DNA of 64,000 bases from an uncultured Collinsella sp. (lineage in GTDB: Bacteria; Actinomycetota; Coriobacteriia; Coriobacteriales; Coriobacteriaceae): contig URCS01000001.1 in the NCBI GenBank assembly GCA_900546455.1, forward strand, positions 3,040-67,039. Direction: 5' to 3'. Of this stretch, positions 31,562 through 42,295 are shown piece after piece. The translations under genes and the position numbers were made by a program. The notes below the pieces were generated by a model. The model saw nothing but the letters and a program-made list of their open reading frames with translations. It had not been told where the DNA came from and made no database searches. Each line of letters begins with the position of its first letter. Positions within the stretch are counted from its first letter, which is position 1.

Positions 31562-32938
31562 CTACAGAATAAATCGAAGGATGTCGGAACGAAGCATATA
31601 GACAAACAGCAGCGCAAAAAGCGCGATGCCCACATAGCTCACGATCGACTGGACCTTGAGCGGAAGCTCGCGGCCAGCAATCTTTTGAATGATCTCGATG
31701 ACCAGCTTGCCGCCATCGAGCGGTGGGATAGGCAGCAGGTTCATAAAGCCAAGCGAGAACGAAATGAGGGCGGCAAACGAAAGGAACGTTGCAGGGCCAG
31801 CGGCAGCAGCCTGCGAGGACATAACGCTAATACCCACGATCGAAGAGGACTGATCGAGAATCTCCATCGTATGCTGCGGCTGGAGCAGACGCATCACACC
31901 CTTCGCTGTCTGCACGACATAGGAGAAGGACAGACGAGCCGACGTGATGGGGTCTAAACGGACCACCTGCGTAGAGGCATACACACCTAGGCGCTCGTCC
32001 TCTTTGAGTGCAACCGTGGTCGAATGCCGCTTGCCGTCACGCTCGTACTCGATGGCGATATCGTCCTTACCGGCAGCCTTGCCAATGGCATCGTAAACGT
32101 CCATCCAGGTAGAGCACGATACTCCGTCGACCGAAAGGATCGCGTCGCCGCCCTCGATTCCCGCCGCGGCGGCAATCGAGCCTTCGTCAACCTGGCCAAT
32201 CACATTGGTATCCACCGGCACCGTGACACCTGCGATGGAATAGATGCTCATAAGGAGCAAAAAGCCCGTCAGGATATTGACGATAATGCCCGCAAGCAGC
32301 ATAAAGGCACGTTTAACAAAGCCCTGGCCCAAATAGGTGTGCGAGCGCTCACGTGCAAGGAATTCGGCCTCGCCGCACGGCAGTTCCCATACATCGCCCT
32401 CGGCAGTCGCATGCTCTCGATCGAACTTGCGACCGTCAAAGGTGGTATATCCTGCAGCATCGCGCGGCAGGGTCTGGTACTTGGTGGGATAGTAACTGGG
32501 CGAAGGCTTTTCCCCTTCTTCATACCAGGGGGCGATGGAGCCCCAGCCCAACAGCAAAACACAAGCCTCGAGAACATCCTCCTCGGACAGCTCGAGCTCG
32601 ACAGCAAGATCGGCCACCGTCACACGGCCGTGGCGATAGATGGCCGCGAGCACGCGGTCGGCACACGAGACATCGGTCGGATCCATGCCACAGATGGCAG
32701 CATAGCCACCCAGCAGCAGCGGCGTCACGCCAAACTTGGTGCCGATGCGACGCGATGTGTGGTGGATATCAAAGCGACACGGCAGGCCCAAAAAGAACTC
32801 AGTCACGCGGACACCGCAGGCACGCGCCGCCAAAAAGTGGCCGCCCTCGTGCAAAAACACGAGGACGGAAAGCATCAGCAGGCCCCAAAAGACCGATGAG
32901 AGAACGCTCAGAACAGTATCCATAAAACGAAAAAGCAA
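31562..32938 (-). CDS. rseP: RIP zinc metalloprotease RseP (site-2 protease)
   Basis: HEGGHFLAAR (HExxH), PDZ domain, and NLLPIPPLDGG. Confidence 0.9.
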   Translation of the reverse strand: MLFRFMDTVLSVLSSVFWGLLMLSVLVFLHEGGHFLAARACGVRVTEFFLGLPCRFDIHHTSRRIGTKFGVTPLLLGGYAAICGMDPTDVSCADRVLAAIYRHGRVTVADLAVELELSEEDVLEACVLLLGWGSIAPWYEEGEKPSPSYYPTKYQTLPRDAAGYTTFDGRKFDREHATAEGDVWELPCGEAEFLARERSHTYLGQGFVKRAFMLLAGIIVNILTGFLLLMSIYSIAGVTVPVDTNVIGQVDEGSIAAAAGIEGGDAILSVDGVSCSTWMDVYDAIGKAAGKDDIAIEYERDGKRHSTTVALKEDERLGVYASTQVVRLDPITSARLSFSYVVQTAKGVMRLLQPQHTMEILDQSSSIVGISVMSSQAAAAGPATFLSFAALISFSLGFMNLLPIPPLDGGKLVIEIIQKIAGRELPLKVQSIVSYVGIALFALLFVYMLRSDILRFIL

Positions 32939-32948
32939 TCCTTATGGG

Positions 32949-34136
32949 TTAAGAACGGGATGCGGCGAGCACCTGCGCGGCCTTTTCACGCGCCCACGCA
33001 TCGATGTCGCGAAGCTGTTCAAACGAATCGACCGTCTGCGCATCGTGAGCATCCATGCAGGATTCCACAATGCGGTCGATATCGGTAAAGCTGCAGCCAT
33101 CATGCAGGAAGGCATCGACGGCGACCTCGTTGGCGGCATTGAGCACGCACGGCATGGTGCCGCCCGTCTTGCCGGCACGTTCGGCCAGCGCTAGGCAGCG
33201 GAAGGTATCCATATCGGCCGCGTCAAAGGTAAGCTGCCCCAACTCGCGGAAATCGATACGCGGAGCCGGCGTATCCCAACGCTCAGGATACGAGAAGGCA
33301 AACTGAATGGGAATACGCATGTCGGAAGCACCGAGATGCGCCATCACAGAGCCGTCGGCAAACTCGACCATGGAGTGAATCTTGGACTGGCGCTGCACGA
33401 CCACGTTAATGAAATCGAGATCGCAGCCAAACAGATGCATGGCCTCGATACGCTCCAGACCCTTGTTCATGAGGGTGGCGGAGTCGATCGTGATCTTGGC
33501 ACCCATAGCCCACGTAGGATGAGCCAGGGCATCGGTGCGCGTCACGCGATCGAGCTCGTCACGCGTGCGGCCAAAGAACGGGCCGCCCGAGCAGGTAAGC
33601 CAAATGCAGTGAGCCTCGCGCGGATTCTCGCCAAGATAGCACTGGTAGATGGCAGAATGCTCGGAGTCGACCGGGATAAGCTGACCCGGCTGCGCCAACG
33701 GCATAAGCAGATCGCCACCGACGACGAGCGACTCCTTGTTGGCCAAGGCAAGACGCTTGTTCGAGGTCAGGGCAGCATGGCTCGCCTCGAGACCGGCAGC
33801 GCCCACGATGGCCACGAGCACGCAGTCGACATCATCGCGGCATGCGAGCTCGCACACGGCCTGTGCGCCGACGCCGAGCTCTGTGCCCTCGGGCAGTTCC
33901 TGCAGCACCGCGTCGGAGCCATGGGAGGCGTCCGCTACGGCAACCGCCGGAACCGAGAACTCACGGGCAGCGGCAACGAGCTCGGAGGTGCTGGAGTTAA
34001 CGGACAGCGCCGTCACCTGCAATCGATCGGCATGCTGACGGCACACGTCGAGCGCCTGAGTGCCGATAGAACCCGTACAGCCCAGAATGGCAACACGAAG
34101 ACGGCCGTCGGGACCGTAGGTGGTCTGATAAGACAT
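32949..34136 (-). CDS. dxr: 1-deoxy-D-xylulose 5-phosphate reductoisomerase
   Basis: ILGCTGSIGTQAL NADPH-binding site. Start moved to the ATG at 34136, which forms a TAATG overlap with the cdsA stop. Confidence 0.95.
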   Translation of the reverse strand: MSYQTTYGPDGRLRVAILGCTGSIGTQALDVCRQHADRLQVTALSVNSSTSELVAAAREFSVPAVAVADASHGSDAVLQELPEGTELGVGAQAVCELACRDDVDCVLVAIVGAAGLEASHAALTSNKRLALANKESLVVGGDLLMPLAQPGQLIPVDSEHSAIYQCYLGENPREAHCIWLTCSGGPFFGRTRDELDRVTRTDALAHPTWAMGAKITIDSATLMNKGLERIEAMHLFGCDLDFINVVVQRQSKIHSMVEFADGSVMAHLGASDMRIPIQFAFSYPERWDTPAPRIDFRELGQLTFDAADMDTFRCLALAERAGKTGGTMPCVLNAANEVAVDAFLHDGCSFTDIDRIVESCMDAHDAQTVDSFEQLRDIDAWAREKAAQVLAASRS

Positions 34137-35050
34137 TACAGCACGCCTCCGATCATCAGCAGCAGCTGCGCGGTAATGCAGCCAAAGATGAGCGAATCGC
34201 TGCGATCGAGCATGCCGCCGTGGCCGGGGATGAGATTGCCGGAATCTTTGACGCCCACACCGCGCTTGATACGCGACTCGATGAGGTCGCCGATAACGCC
34301 CAGGATGGAGACGACCACGCCGCACAGCAGTGCATAGGGCAGGCTCAGCTTATACAAGTGCGTTGCCCACAGGATGAGCCAGATCAAAACAGAGCCCAAA
34401 ATGCCGCCGACAAAGCCCTCCCAGCTCTTTTTGGGAGAGATCTTGGGAACCATCTTATGCCTACCGATGCGGCTGCCCACGATGTAGGCAAACGAGTCGG
34501 AGACCCAAAGGGACGCGCAAACCCCAACCGAAAGCAGGGCGCCGGCAAAACCGGGCACGGCATCGCGCAGCAGCACGATAGCCGACAGCATAAAGCCAGT
34601 GTAGATAGGGCCCATGAGCGTCACGGCAACGTCAGAGATACGCGTGCGCGGAGACCAGACATACCAGATACCAACCGCAAGCATCAAAGCGAACAGCAGA
34701 GCGTTCAACAGCAGCGAATCGCCCAGAGCCGAGAGCGGAAAGAGCACGGCGGCAGCGATTCCAAGGCACTCGTTGGCAACCTTGCCGTCGAGCCTCGTCA
34801 TGCGGAAGAACTCGTAGCAGCACAGACCGCTCATGACGGACACGAAGATGGCCGTGGGCACAATACCCAAAACGAGGCACAGGATAAAGACAACAGCATA
34901 GACGATACCGGCGGCGGCACGGGTGATAAAGCCCGCCAGCCACGAACCGGAGCTGCCCTTCGCTGCAGGCGCCCCTGCAGTGGCAACCTTACGCGCGGGC
35001 GTCGCGGAAGTAGGCGCCTTGGGAGCGGATGCCTTGGGACGTTCGGACAC
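34136..35050 (-). CDS. cdsA: Phosphatidate cytidylyltransferase
   Basis: Polytopic CTP-transferase with a C-terminal signature (SxxKRxxGVKDxGxLIPGHGGxLDRxDS). Confidence 0.9.
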   Translation of the reverse strand: MSERPKASAPKAPTSATPARKVATAGAPAAKGSSGSWLAGFITRAAAGIVYAVVFILCLVLGIVPTAIFVSVMSGLCCYEFFRMTRLDGKVANECLGIAAAVLFPLSALGDSLLLNALLFALMLAVGIWYVWSPRTRISDVAVTLMGPIYTGFMLSAIVLLRDAVPGFAGALLSVGVCASLWVSDSFAYIVGSRIGRHKMVPKISPKKSWEGFVGGILGSVLIWLILWATHLYKLSLPYALLCGVVVSILGVIGDLIESRIKRGVGVKDSGNLIPGHGGMLDRSDSLIFGCITAQLLLMIGGVL

Positions 35051-35052
35051 GA

Positions 35053-35847
35053 TTAAGCCTCCTCGGTCTTGCTCAGTCCACCAAACCTACGGTCGCGACC
35101 CTGGTAGGCCAAAATGGCGTCGACAAGGCCCCAACGATCAAAGTCGGGCCAATAGGTATCGGTGACATAGAACTCGGAATAAGCAACCTGCCACAGCAGA
35201 TAGTTCGAAAGACGAAGCTCGCCGGAGGTGCGAATCACAAGCTCCGGATCGGGCAGCCCAGCGGTGTACAGGTGCGAAGCCACCATATTGTCGTCAACCG
35301 CGGCGGGTTCGATCTTGCCGGCAGCCGCATCAAGTGCGATCTGGCGGACAGCGCGGGTGATCTCAGCACGGGCACCATAGTTAACGGCCAGCGCCAGCGT
35401 CATACCGGTATGGTCGGCGCACTCGGCAAGGCCGCGCTCAAAGACGTCGCGGGTCTTCTTGGGCAGCGCGGAAATATCGCCCAAAAAGACAACGCGAACG
35501 TTCTCGCGCTTAAGCAGCGGCAGCTCATCGATAAACGTCTTGGCAAACAGGTGCATCAGAACGTTGACTTCGTGCTGCGGGCGATTCCAGTTTTCGGTCG
35601 AAAACGCATAGGCCGAAAGCACGTCGACGCCCAGGCGCACGCAGGCGGTAATGATCTCACGCAGCGAGACGATGCCGGCCTTGTGGCCTTCGGTGCGGGC
35701 AAGACCGCGCGCCGTGGCCCAACGGCCGTTGCCGTCCATGATGCACGAAATATGGTGCGGGATGTTATTGAGGTCAAGGTCGGAAAAACCGACGCCCGCA
35801 GGGGCGTCGGCAAAGAACTCGACCAGTTTATGCTCGTCGTATTGCAC
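35053..35847 (-). CDS. uppS: Undecaprenyl diphosphate synthase
   Basis: HISCIMDGNGRWA motif and cis-prenyltransferase fold. Confidence 0.95.
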   Translation of the reverse strand: MQYDEHKLVEFFADAPAGVGFSDLDLNNIPHHISCIMDGNGRWATARGLARTEGHKAGIVSLREIITACVRLGVDVLSAYAFSTENWNRPQHEVNVLMHLFAKTFIDELPLLKRENVRVVFLGDISALPKKTRDVFERGLAECADHTGMTLALAVNYGARAEITRAVRQIALDAAAGKIEPAAVDDNMVASHLYTAGLPDPELVIRTSGELRLSNYLLWQVAYSEFYVTDTYWPDFDRWGLVDAILAYQGRDRRFGGLSKTEEA

Positions 35848-35848
35848 C

Positions 35849-36385
35849 TTAGATCTCCATGACCTCGGCTTCTTTTTCCTTCAGAAGCTCCTCGACCTTG
35901 GCGACATACTCGTCGGTATGCTTCTGGACCTTGGCCTGCTCGCGACGGACATCGTCCTCGGTGAGCTCCTCGTCGCGCTCGAGCTTGTTGTTAAAGTCGC
36001 GGCGGATGTTGCGGATGGAGACCTTGGCCTGCTCGGCGTACTCGCGGCACTCCTTAACGAGCTCGCGACGACGCTCCTCAGTGGGAGCCGGGAACGGCAG
36101 GCGCACAACGGTACCATCGGAGTTGGGGGTAATGCCCAGGTCAGAGGCACTGATAGCCTTGACGATGGCATTGATGAGCGCCTTATCCCACGGCTCGATA
36201 AGCAGCATGTGGGCCTCGGGGGTCTTAACGGCGGCAACCTGCGTAACGGGCGTGGGAACACCGTAGTAGTCGACGGTGATGTCGGATAGGATGTTGGCGT
36301 TAGCGCGGCCAGTGCGGACCTTGGAGAAGTTATGCTTGAGAGACTCGAGCGACTTGTCCATGTGGGCGGTGATGTTCTCTGCCAT
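35849..36385 (-). CDS. frr: Ribosome recycling factor
   Basis: 178-aa typical RRF sequence within the pyrH-frr-uppS-cdsA block. Confidence 0.97.
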   Translation of the reverse strand: MAENITAHMDKSLESLKHNFSKVRTGRANANILSDITVDYYGVPTPVTQVAAVKTPEAHMLLIEPWDKALINAIVKAISASDLGITPNSDGTVVRLPFPAPTEERRRELVKECREYAEQAKVSIRNIRRDFNNKLERDEELTEDDVRREQAKVQKHTDEYVAKVEELLKEKEAEVMEI

Positions 36386-36387
36386 GC

Positions 36388-37110
36388 TTAATCCTCCTGA
36401 TAGACGAGCGTGCCGACGGGCTCACCCGCGAGCGCGCGCTTGACGGTGTCCTCGCCATCGATGTTGAGGACCAAAATGGGCATACGGTTGTCCTGGCAAA
36501 GAGCCGTAGCCGTGGAATCCATAACCTGCAGGCCGCGAACGAGCACCTCGTGATAGGTGATCTTGTCAAAGCGGACGGCGTCAGCGCACTTGACGGGATC
36601 CTTGTCGTAGATGCCATCAACCTTGGTGGCTTTAATCAGAATCTCGGCACCGATCTCACAGGCGCGAAGGGCCGCGGCGGTGTCAGTCGTAAAGTACGGA
36701 TTACCCGATCCGGCGGCAAAGATAACGACGTTGCCCTTGGACAGGTGGTTGATGGCGCGACGGCGAATATAGGGCTCGCAGATCTCGTTCATCTGGATAG
36801 CGCTCATCACGCGGCAGGGAACATCGTTGTGCTCGAAGGCATCCTGCAGGGCAAGCGCGTTCATAACGGTAGCGAGCATGCCCATGTAATCGGCCTGGGC
36901 GCGGTCCATACCACCGGCGGCGCCGGCCATGCCGCGGAAAATATTGCCGCCGCCGACAACGACGCCGACCTCATGACCAACGGCGAGCAGCTCCTTGACC
37001 TGCTTGGCAAGATGATCGGTAACCTTGGGGTCGATGCCGTAGTTGCCATCGCCCATCAGCGCTTCACCGGAGAGCTTCAGAAGCACGCGTTTATATCGGA
37101 TGTCGGACAA
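36388..37110 (-). CDS. pyrH: UMP kinase
   Basis: [13 protein letters not shown]... amino-acid-kinase fold. Confidence 0.97.
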   Translation of the reverse strand: MSDIRYKRVLLKLSGEALMGDGNYGIDPKVTDHLAKQVKELLAVGHEVGVVVGGGNIFRGMAGAAGGMDRAQADYMGMLATVMNALALQDAFEHNDVPCRVMSAIQMNEICEPYIRRRAINHLSKGNVVIFAAGSGNPYFTTDTAAALRACEIGAEILIKATKVDGIYDKDPVKCADAVRFDKITYHEVLVRGLQVMDSTATALCQDNRMPILVLNIDGEDTVKRALAGEPVGTLVYQED

Positions 37111-37169
37111 AGCGATCCTCCTTTAATTAGACTCATAACATAATATCAAAGGCTTAACGGAGAGCCATG

Positions 37170-37204
37170 AAAAAGCAGGCTGTGAGTAAAACCCACAGCC
37201 TGCT
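37170..37204 (-). terminator. Rho-independent terminator after tsf
   Basis: Stem AGCAGGCTGTG/CACAGCCTGCT, followed by a T-run on the minus strand. Confidence 0.8.
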
Positions 37205-37227
37205 CATTACCAGCTACAAGAGCTTAT

Positions 37228-38097
37228 TTACTCGCCACGGACCAGGCGGTCAAAGGCAACGACGGTAATGGTGTCGCCGAGCCCCTTGGAGACCTGCTCA
37301 GCGTACTTCTTGATGGTGAGGGAGCTGTCCTTGATGAACTCCTGCTCGGTGAGCACGGACTGCTTGTAGAACTTCTCCAGACGGCCAACAGCCATCTTCT
37401 CCTGGATAGCCTCGGGCTTGCCGGACTCGGCAGCCTGAGCCATGTAGATCTGCTTCTCGTGCTCGACGGTCTCGGCCGGAACCTGATCGCGGGTAGCGCA
37501 GATCGGGGCGACGGCGGCAACCTGAAGGGCAACGTCGTGAGCAAAGGTCTTGAAGGACTCAGCCTGAGCGGTCTCGGCCTTCTCGAAAGCGAACTCGACG
37601 AGAACGCCGATCTTACCACCCATGTGGATGTAAGAAGCGAGAGCGCCGTTCTCAGCCTTGCGGGCGGCGAAACGGGAGATCTTCATGTTCTCGCCCATGA
37701 TGTGAATCATCTCGGTGAGCTCGGAGGAAACGGTCTCCTCGCCCATCGGCTTCTCTAGCAGAGCGTCGACGTCAGCAGGCTCGGTGGTAGCGACAACCTC
37801 AGCGACCTTGGAAGCAAAGCCGGTGAACTTGGCGTTGGAGCCGACGAAGTCGGTCTCGCAGGAGAGCTCGAGCAGAGCGCCGGTCTTGCCGTCCTCGGAG
37901 ACGAACGCGGCGACAGCGCCCTCGTTGGTCTCACGGCCAGCCTTCTTGGCAGCCTTGGCGAGGCCGTTCTTGCGCAGAACGTCGACAGCGGCGTCCATGT
38001 CGCCGTCAGCCTCGACGAGAGCCTTCTTGCACTCCATCATCGGGGAGTCGGTCATCTCGCGGAGCTGCTTGACCATAGCGGCGGTAATCTGGGCCAT
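37228..38097 (-). CDS. tsf: Elongation factor Ts
   Basis: MAQITAAMVKQLREMTDSPMMECKKAL.... The ATG at 38097 follows AAAGGA. Confidence 0.97.
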   Translation of the reverse strand: MAQITAAMVKQLREMTDSPMMECKKALVEADGDMDAAVDVLRKNGLAKAAKKAGRETNEGAVAAFVSEDGKTGALLELSCETDFVGSNAKFTGFASKVAEVVATTEPADVDALLEKPMGEETVSSELTEMIHIMGENMKISRFAARKAENGALASYIHMGGKIGVLVEFAFEKAETAQAESFKTFAHDVALQVAAVAPICATRDQVPAETVEHEKQIYMAQAAESGKPEAIQEKMAVGRLEKFYKQSVLTEQEFIKDSSLTIKKYAEQVSKGLGDTITVVAFDRLVRGE

Positions 38098-38142
38098 TGT
38101 GGTTCCTTTCAAAGAGATGAAAAAGAATTAACTAAGACTGAT

Positions 38143-38871
38143 TTACTCGGCCTTGGGCTCAGCGGCCATCTCGGCCTCGGAGACCTGCTCCTTGCCGGAG
38201 CCAGCGAGGCAGGCGTCAGCCATGAGCTCGCACATAAGGGTGACAGCGGAGATAGCGTCATCGTTGCAGGGGATGCCGTACTCGACCTCGTCGGGATCGG
38301 AGTTGGTGTCGATCAGGGCGACGACGGGGATGTTCAGGCGCTGGGCCTCCTTGATGGCGTTCTCCTCGCGCTTGGTGTCGATGACGAAGAGAGCCTGGGG
38401 CAGACCCTTCATGTCGCGGGCGCCACCGAGGTTGGTCTGGAGCTTGGTGAGCTCCTTACCGAGAACAGCCTGCTCCTTCTTGGGGAGCACTGCCATGCGG
38501 CCGTCCTCGACCATGGCCTCGAGCTCCTCCATGCGATTGATGCGGGAGCGGATGGTAACGAAGTTGGTCAGCATACCGCCGAGCCAACGCTGGTTGATGT
38601 AAGGCATGTTGGCGCGCTCAGCAGCGTTCTTGACGGCCTCCTGAGCCTGCTTCTTGGTGCCGACGAACAGCACGTTGCCGCCCTTGGCGACGTTCTTGAC
38701 AAAGGTGTAGGCCTGGTCGGCGTCGAGGATGGTCTGCTTGAGGTCGAGGATGTAGATGCCGTTGCGCTCACCGAAGATGAACGGCTTCATCTTGGGGTTC
38801 CAGCGACGGGTCTGGTGACCGAAGTGGCAGCCGGCCTCGAGCAGGGTGCGGATATTAATCTTGGTAGCCAT
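38143..38871 (-). CDS. rpsB: 30S ribosomal protein S2
   Basis: [19 protein letters not shown].... Confidence 0.97.
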   Translation of the reverse strand: MATKINIRTLLEAGCHFGHQTRRWNPKMKPFIFGERNGIYILDLKQTILDADQAYTFVKNVAKGGNVLFVGTKKQAQEAVKNAAERANMPYINQRWLGGMLTNFVTIRSRINRMEELEAMVEDGRMAVLPKKEQAVLGKELTKLQTNLGGARDMKGLPQALFVIDTKREENAIKEAQRLNIPVVALIDTNSDPDEVEYGIPCNDDAISAVTLMCELMADACLAGSGKEQVSEAEMAAEPKAE

Positions 38872-39090
38872 GTAAAACCTCCTGTGGTTTGCCTCCGCGC
38901 GGGGTCATCCTCCAAAACCAACCCGGACATGTGCTACCAAAGCCCGGGCACCACGGTATGAAGTAGCCGCGCGTGCGTGATAAAAACCTGTTGCCGTGAA
39001 GCAACCCGATGAATGATAGCAGGAATGCTTCTTCCTGCCAACCCGCAATCAAAACCACACACCTGAGTGCGGCGCGGGACGGACCAGCCA

Positions 39091-39933
39091 CTATTCGCCG
39101 CGGGGATGGGCTTGAGCCACGGCCCGCTTAAGCCGATCGGGCGTGAGATGCGTGTAGATCTGCGTCGTGGACAGGCTCGCATGACCCAGCAGCTCTTGAA
39201 CCGAGCGCAGGTCCGCACCGCCCTCGAGCAAGTCGGTCGCAAAGGTATGGCGCATCGCATGCGGGGCGATGTCGGCCGGAATGCCGGCAAGTGTCGCCAG
39301 CGTATGGAACCGCCGCCTGAGCATGGCGGCACTCATGCGATTGCCGCGCGCCGATATAAGCAGCGGATGCGCCCCGGTAGCGGGGTCACGGCGCTTTGCC
39401 CGAGCGAGCAACTCCGGCCTCCCCTCCTCAATATAGAGACGCGTCGCCTCGAGCGCACGACGATACAGAGGGACGATACGTTCTTTGCTCCCCTTGCCCC
39501 ACAGGCGCAGCGTGCGTTCGGACCACGCAATGGACTCCACATTGAGTGCTGCGAGCTCAGAGATACGGGCGCCCGAGGCATAGAGCAGCTCGAGCATCGC
39601 CGCATCGCGCAGTCCCGCGGGTGTTGAGGTATCAGGCGTCTTGAGCAGCGCCTCCACCTGTTGGGTCGTCAGCACACCGGGTAGATCGCGCGGGAGCTTG
39701 GGCGAGGAAATTGCCGAGACCACATCGCCCTCCACGACCCCCTCGGCAGCCATCCATCGATAGAGCGATCGGATAGCCGACAGATGCGCCGCAAGCGTTC
39801 GGGGAGCCACCTGCCCACGCGAAAGCTCGGCAAGATAGCGACGAATGGTGCGCACGTCGGCAGCGAAAGCATCTATATCCTCGCGCTCGCACCAGGCAGC
39901 AAAGCGCTCCAGCCTCGAGCCATAGGCCGTCAC
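39091..39933 (-). CDS. xerC: Tyrosine recombinase XerC/XerD family (the true start is probably further upstream, up to 40011)
   Basis: Catalytic ARISEL, HAMRHTFAT and LGHASLSTTQIYTH motifs. The conserved N-terminal sequence continues in frame upstream of the annotated GTG (see finding). Confidence 0.9.
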   Translation of the reverse strand: MTAYGSRLERFAAWCEREDIDAFAADVRTIRRYLAELSRGQVAPRTLAAHLSAIRSLYRWMAAEGVVEGDVVSAISSPKLPRDLPGVLTTQQVEALLKTPDTSTPAGLRDAAMLELLYASGARISELAALNVESIAWSERTLRLWGKGSKERIVPLYRRALEATRLYIEEGRPELLARAKRRDPATGAHPLLISARGNRMSAAMLRRRFHTLATLAGIPADIAPHAMRHTFATDLLEGGADLRSVQELLGHASLSTTQIYTHLTPDRLKRAVAQAHPRGE

Positions 39934-40007
39934 CGTGTTGGGAGAAAGCCCCTCGACACGTGAGATATAGGCGATAAACGAGTCGACGGTGTCGTACAGG
40001 TCAAAGG

Positions 40008-41351
40008 CTATGACCGGTCGCCTCCAAACAGATCGGGGCGAGTGGCCAGATAGGCATCAAGGGCCTCGAGCGCACGGTCCGCATAGGCCTGGTAGCGGTC
40101 GCGCTTGCTGCGGCGCTTACCATCCTCGAGTGGCGGCACCAGGCCAAAGTTGACATGCATAGGCTGATAGCCCACGGTGGCAGGATCGGTCGCATAACCC
40201 ACGAGCGCACCCAGGGCGCCCACACGCGGCAACTCGACGCCCGAGGCACCGATAGCCTCGGCATAGGTGTTGAGCGCCGCGAGCAGACCTGTCGCCACGG
40301 CTTCCATGTACCCCTCGGTGCCGGTGATCTGACCGGCCAGGCGCACGCCGGTACCGGGCACGGCAAAGGTGCCATCGAGCACGTGCGGGGCGTCGACAAA
40401 GGTATTGCGGTGCATGACACCGTAGCGGAAGAACTCAGCGTTCTCCAGGCCCGGCACCATATGGAAGACGCGCTTCTGCTCGCCAAAGGTCAGGTTGGTC
40501 TGGAAGCCCACCAGGTTATAGGCGGTCTTCTCCTTGTTCTCGGCACGCAGCTGAATCGCCGCCCAGGGGCGACGTCCGGTACGCGGGTCGGTGAGGCCGA
40601 CGGGCTTCATGGCACCAAAGCGGATGGCATCCTTGCCCGTGCGCGCGACCTCCTCGGCGGGCTGGCAGGCCTGGAACAGATCGCCGCCCTCAAAGTCTTT
40701 GAGCACCACGCGGTCGGCCGTGGTAAGCGCCTCGATAAAGGCCTCGTACTCCTCCTTGTTGAGCGGAGCGTTGAGATAGTCGCCGCTCCCCTGCTCCTCG
40801 TAGCGCGACTGCGAGAACAGCACGTCCATATCGAGCGTGGAGGCATCGACGATCGGCGCCGCGGCATCGAAGAACGCAAGGGCGTCGCCACCGACGAGCT
40901 TCATGACCTCTTCGCTCAGCGCAGGTGAACACAGCGGGCCCGCGGCAATGACCACGTGGCCCTCGGGAATCTGCGTGACCTCGCCGTGCACGACCTCGAT
41001 ATTGGGACGAGCGGCAACTTCGGCCTCGACAAGCTCGGAAAACTTGACGCGATCGACCGCTAAGGCGCCACCGGCGGGAACAGCCGCGCGATGGGCGCAA
41101 TCGAGCAGAACTGAACCCATGCGCTCAAGCTCGGCCTTTAGCAGGCCGGCAGCAGAATCCGGACGGGTTGACTTAAACGAATTTGAGCAGACGAGCTCGG
41201 CCAAGTGATCGGTATGGTGGGCCGGAGAGCTCACCTGGGGGCGCATCTCGCACAGCTTTACGGCAAACCCGCGATCTGCCAGCTGGATCGCACATTCCGA
41301 ACCCGCCAGACCGCCACCGATAACCGTCACCTGATCGAACTGCATCTGCAA
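40008..41351 (-). CDS. trmFO: Methylenetetrahydrofolate--tRNA-(uracil-5-)-methyltransferase TrmFO
   Basis: VIGGGLAGSE FAD-binding site and Gid/TrmFO layout. The trmFO-xerC order matches Firmicutes gid-codV. Confidence 0.95.
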   Translation of the reverse strand: MQMQFDQVTVIGGGLAGSECAIQLADRGFAVKLCEMRPQVSSPAHHTDHLAELVCSNSFKSTRPDSAAGLLKAELERMGSVLLDCAHRAAVPAGGALAVDRVKFSELVEAEVAARPNIEVVHGEVTQIPEGHVVIAAGPLCSPALSEEVMKLVGGDALAFFDAAAPIVDASTLDMDVLFSQSRYEEQGSGDYLNAPLNKEEYEAFIEALTTADRVVLKDFEGGDLFQACQPAEEVARTGKDAIRFGAMKPVGLTDPRTGRRPWAAIQLRAENKEKTAYNLVGFQTNLTFGEQKRVFHMVPGLENAEFFRYGVMHRNTFVDAPHVLDGTFAVPGTGVRLAGQITGTEGYMEAVATGLLAALNTYAEAIGASGVELPRVGALGALVGYATDPATVGYQPMHVNFGLVPPLEDGKRRSKRDRYQAYADRALEALDAYLATRPDLFGGDRS

Positions 41352-41359
41352 ACACCTTT

Positions 41360-42295
41360 CTAATTGACACGCTTTCCATTGTGACCGAAGGGCGTCTGGG
41401 CGTGAAGCGCAAACTTTGAGGGCGCATACCTTCCATCCATCATGCGTTCGATAAGGCCCTCAAGCTCGAGCGAGCCCAAGAGCTTGAGCACGCCGACAGC
41501 ATCAAGCGAGACGAGCGCGGCAATGTCATCGACCTTGAGCGGCGAGGCGATAAGCGCGTGCATCACGGCCTGCTGCGTGGGGTCGAGATCGGCAATACCG
41601 GGTGAATCGGGACGCGAGTAGCGCAGCGTGCCGTAGATGCGCGAAATGGCCATCTCGATTGATTCCTCGTCGATGATGCAGCAGGCGCCGTTAGCGATGA
41701 GGTAGTTGGTCCCGCGCGACTCGGGCGAAAGGATGGAGCCCGGCACTGCAAGGAGCTCTCGACCCAAGTCCATAGCAGCCTCCGCCGTGGAGAACGTACC
41801 CGAGGGCATGCCAGCCTCGGAAACAAAGAGTGCTTGCGACAAAGCGGCGATAACGCGATTGCGCCGCGGAAAGGCGAACTTACGCGGTCCCATACCCCAC
41901 GGCGAAATCGAAACGACCGCGCCGCCCGTATCGAGTGTGCGCGTAATAAGCCCCGCGCTCGAACGCGGGTAGACCACGTCGGCGCCCGTCCCCAGCACCA
42001 CGACGTGTTTGCCCCCGGCGTTGACCGCAGCCCAACCCGAGGCCTGGTCACAACCGACCGCGCCGCCCGAGACCACCGTCACTCCCGCCTCAACCGCTAC
42101 CTTGGCCGCAAGCTCCGCCACAGCGAGACCATACGGCGATGCCTTACGTGCACCGATGATGGATAGCGCAGGCGTCGAAAGCACCTCGGCGTTGCCGCGC
42201 ACATAGAGCGTCTGGGGTACATCAGAAAGCTCCAAAACGGTCTCGGGATACAACGCATCACCTGGATGCAGCTCGAAGGTCCCCTCGGCCATCAT
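41360..42295 (-). CDS. dprA: DNA processing protein DprA
   Basis: Rossmann-like DprA core (IIGARKASPYG...VVSGGAVGCD). The ATG at 42295 follows AGGAGG. The longer ORF overlaps comM. Confidence 0.9.
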   Translation of the reverse strand: MMAEGTFELHPGDALYPETVLELSDVPQTLYVRGNAEVLSTPALSIIGARKASPYGLAVAELAAKVAVEAGVTVVSGGAVGCDQASGWAAVNAGGKHVVVLGTGADVVYPRSSAGLITRTLDTGGAVVSISPWGMGPRKFAFPRRNRVIAALSQALFVSEAGMPSGTFSTAEAAMDLGRELLAVPGSILSPESRGTNYLIANGACCIIDEESIEMAISRIYGTLRYSRPDSPGIADLDPTQQAVMHALIASPLKVDDIAALVSLDAVGVLKLLGSLELEGLIERMMDGRYAPSKFALHAQTPFGHNGKRVN

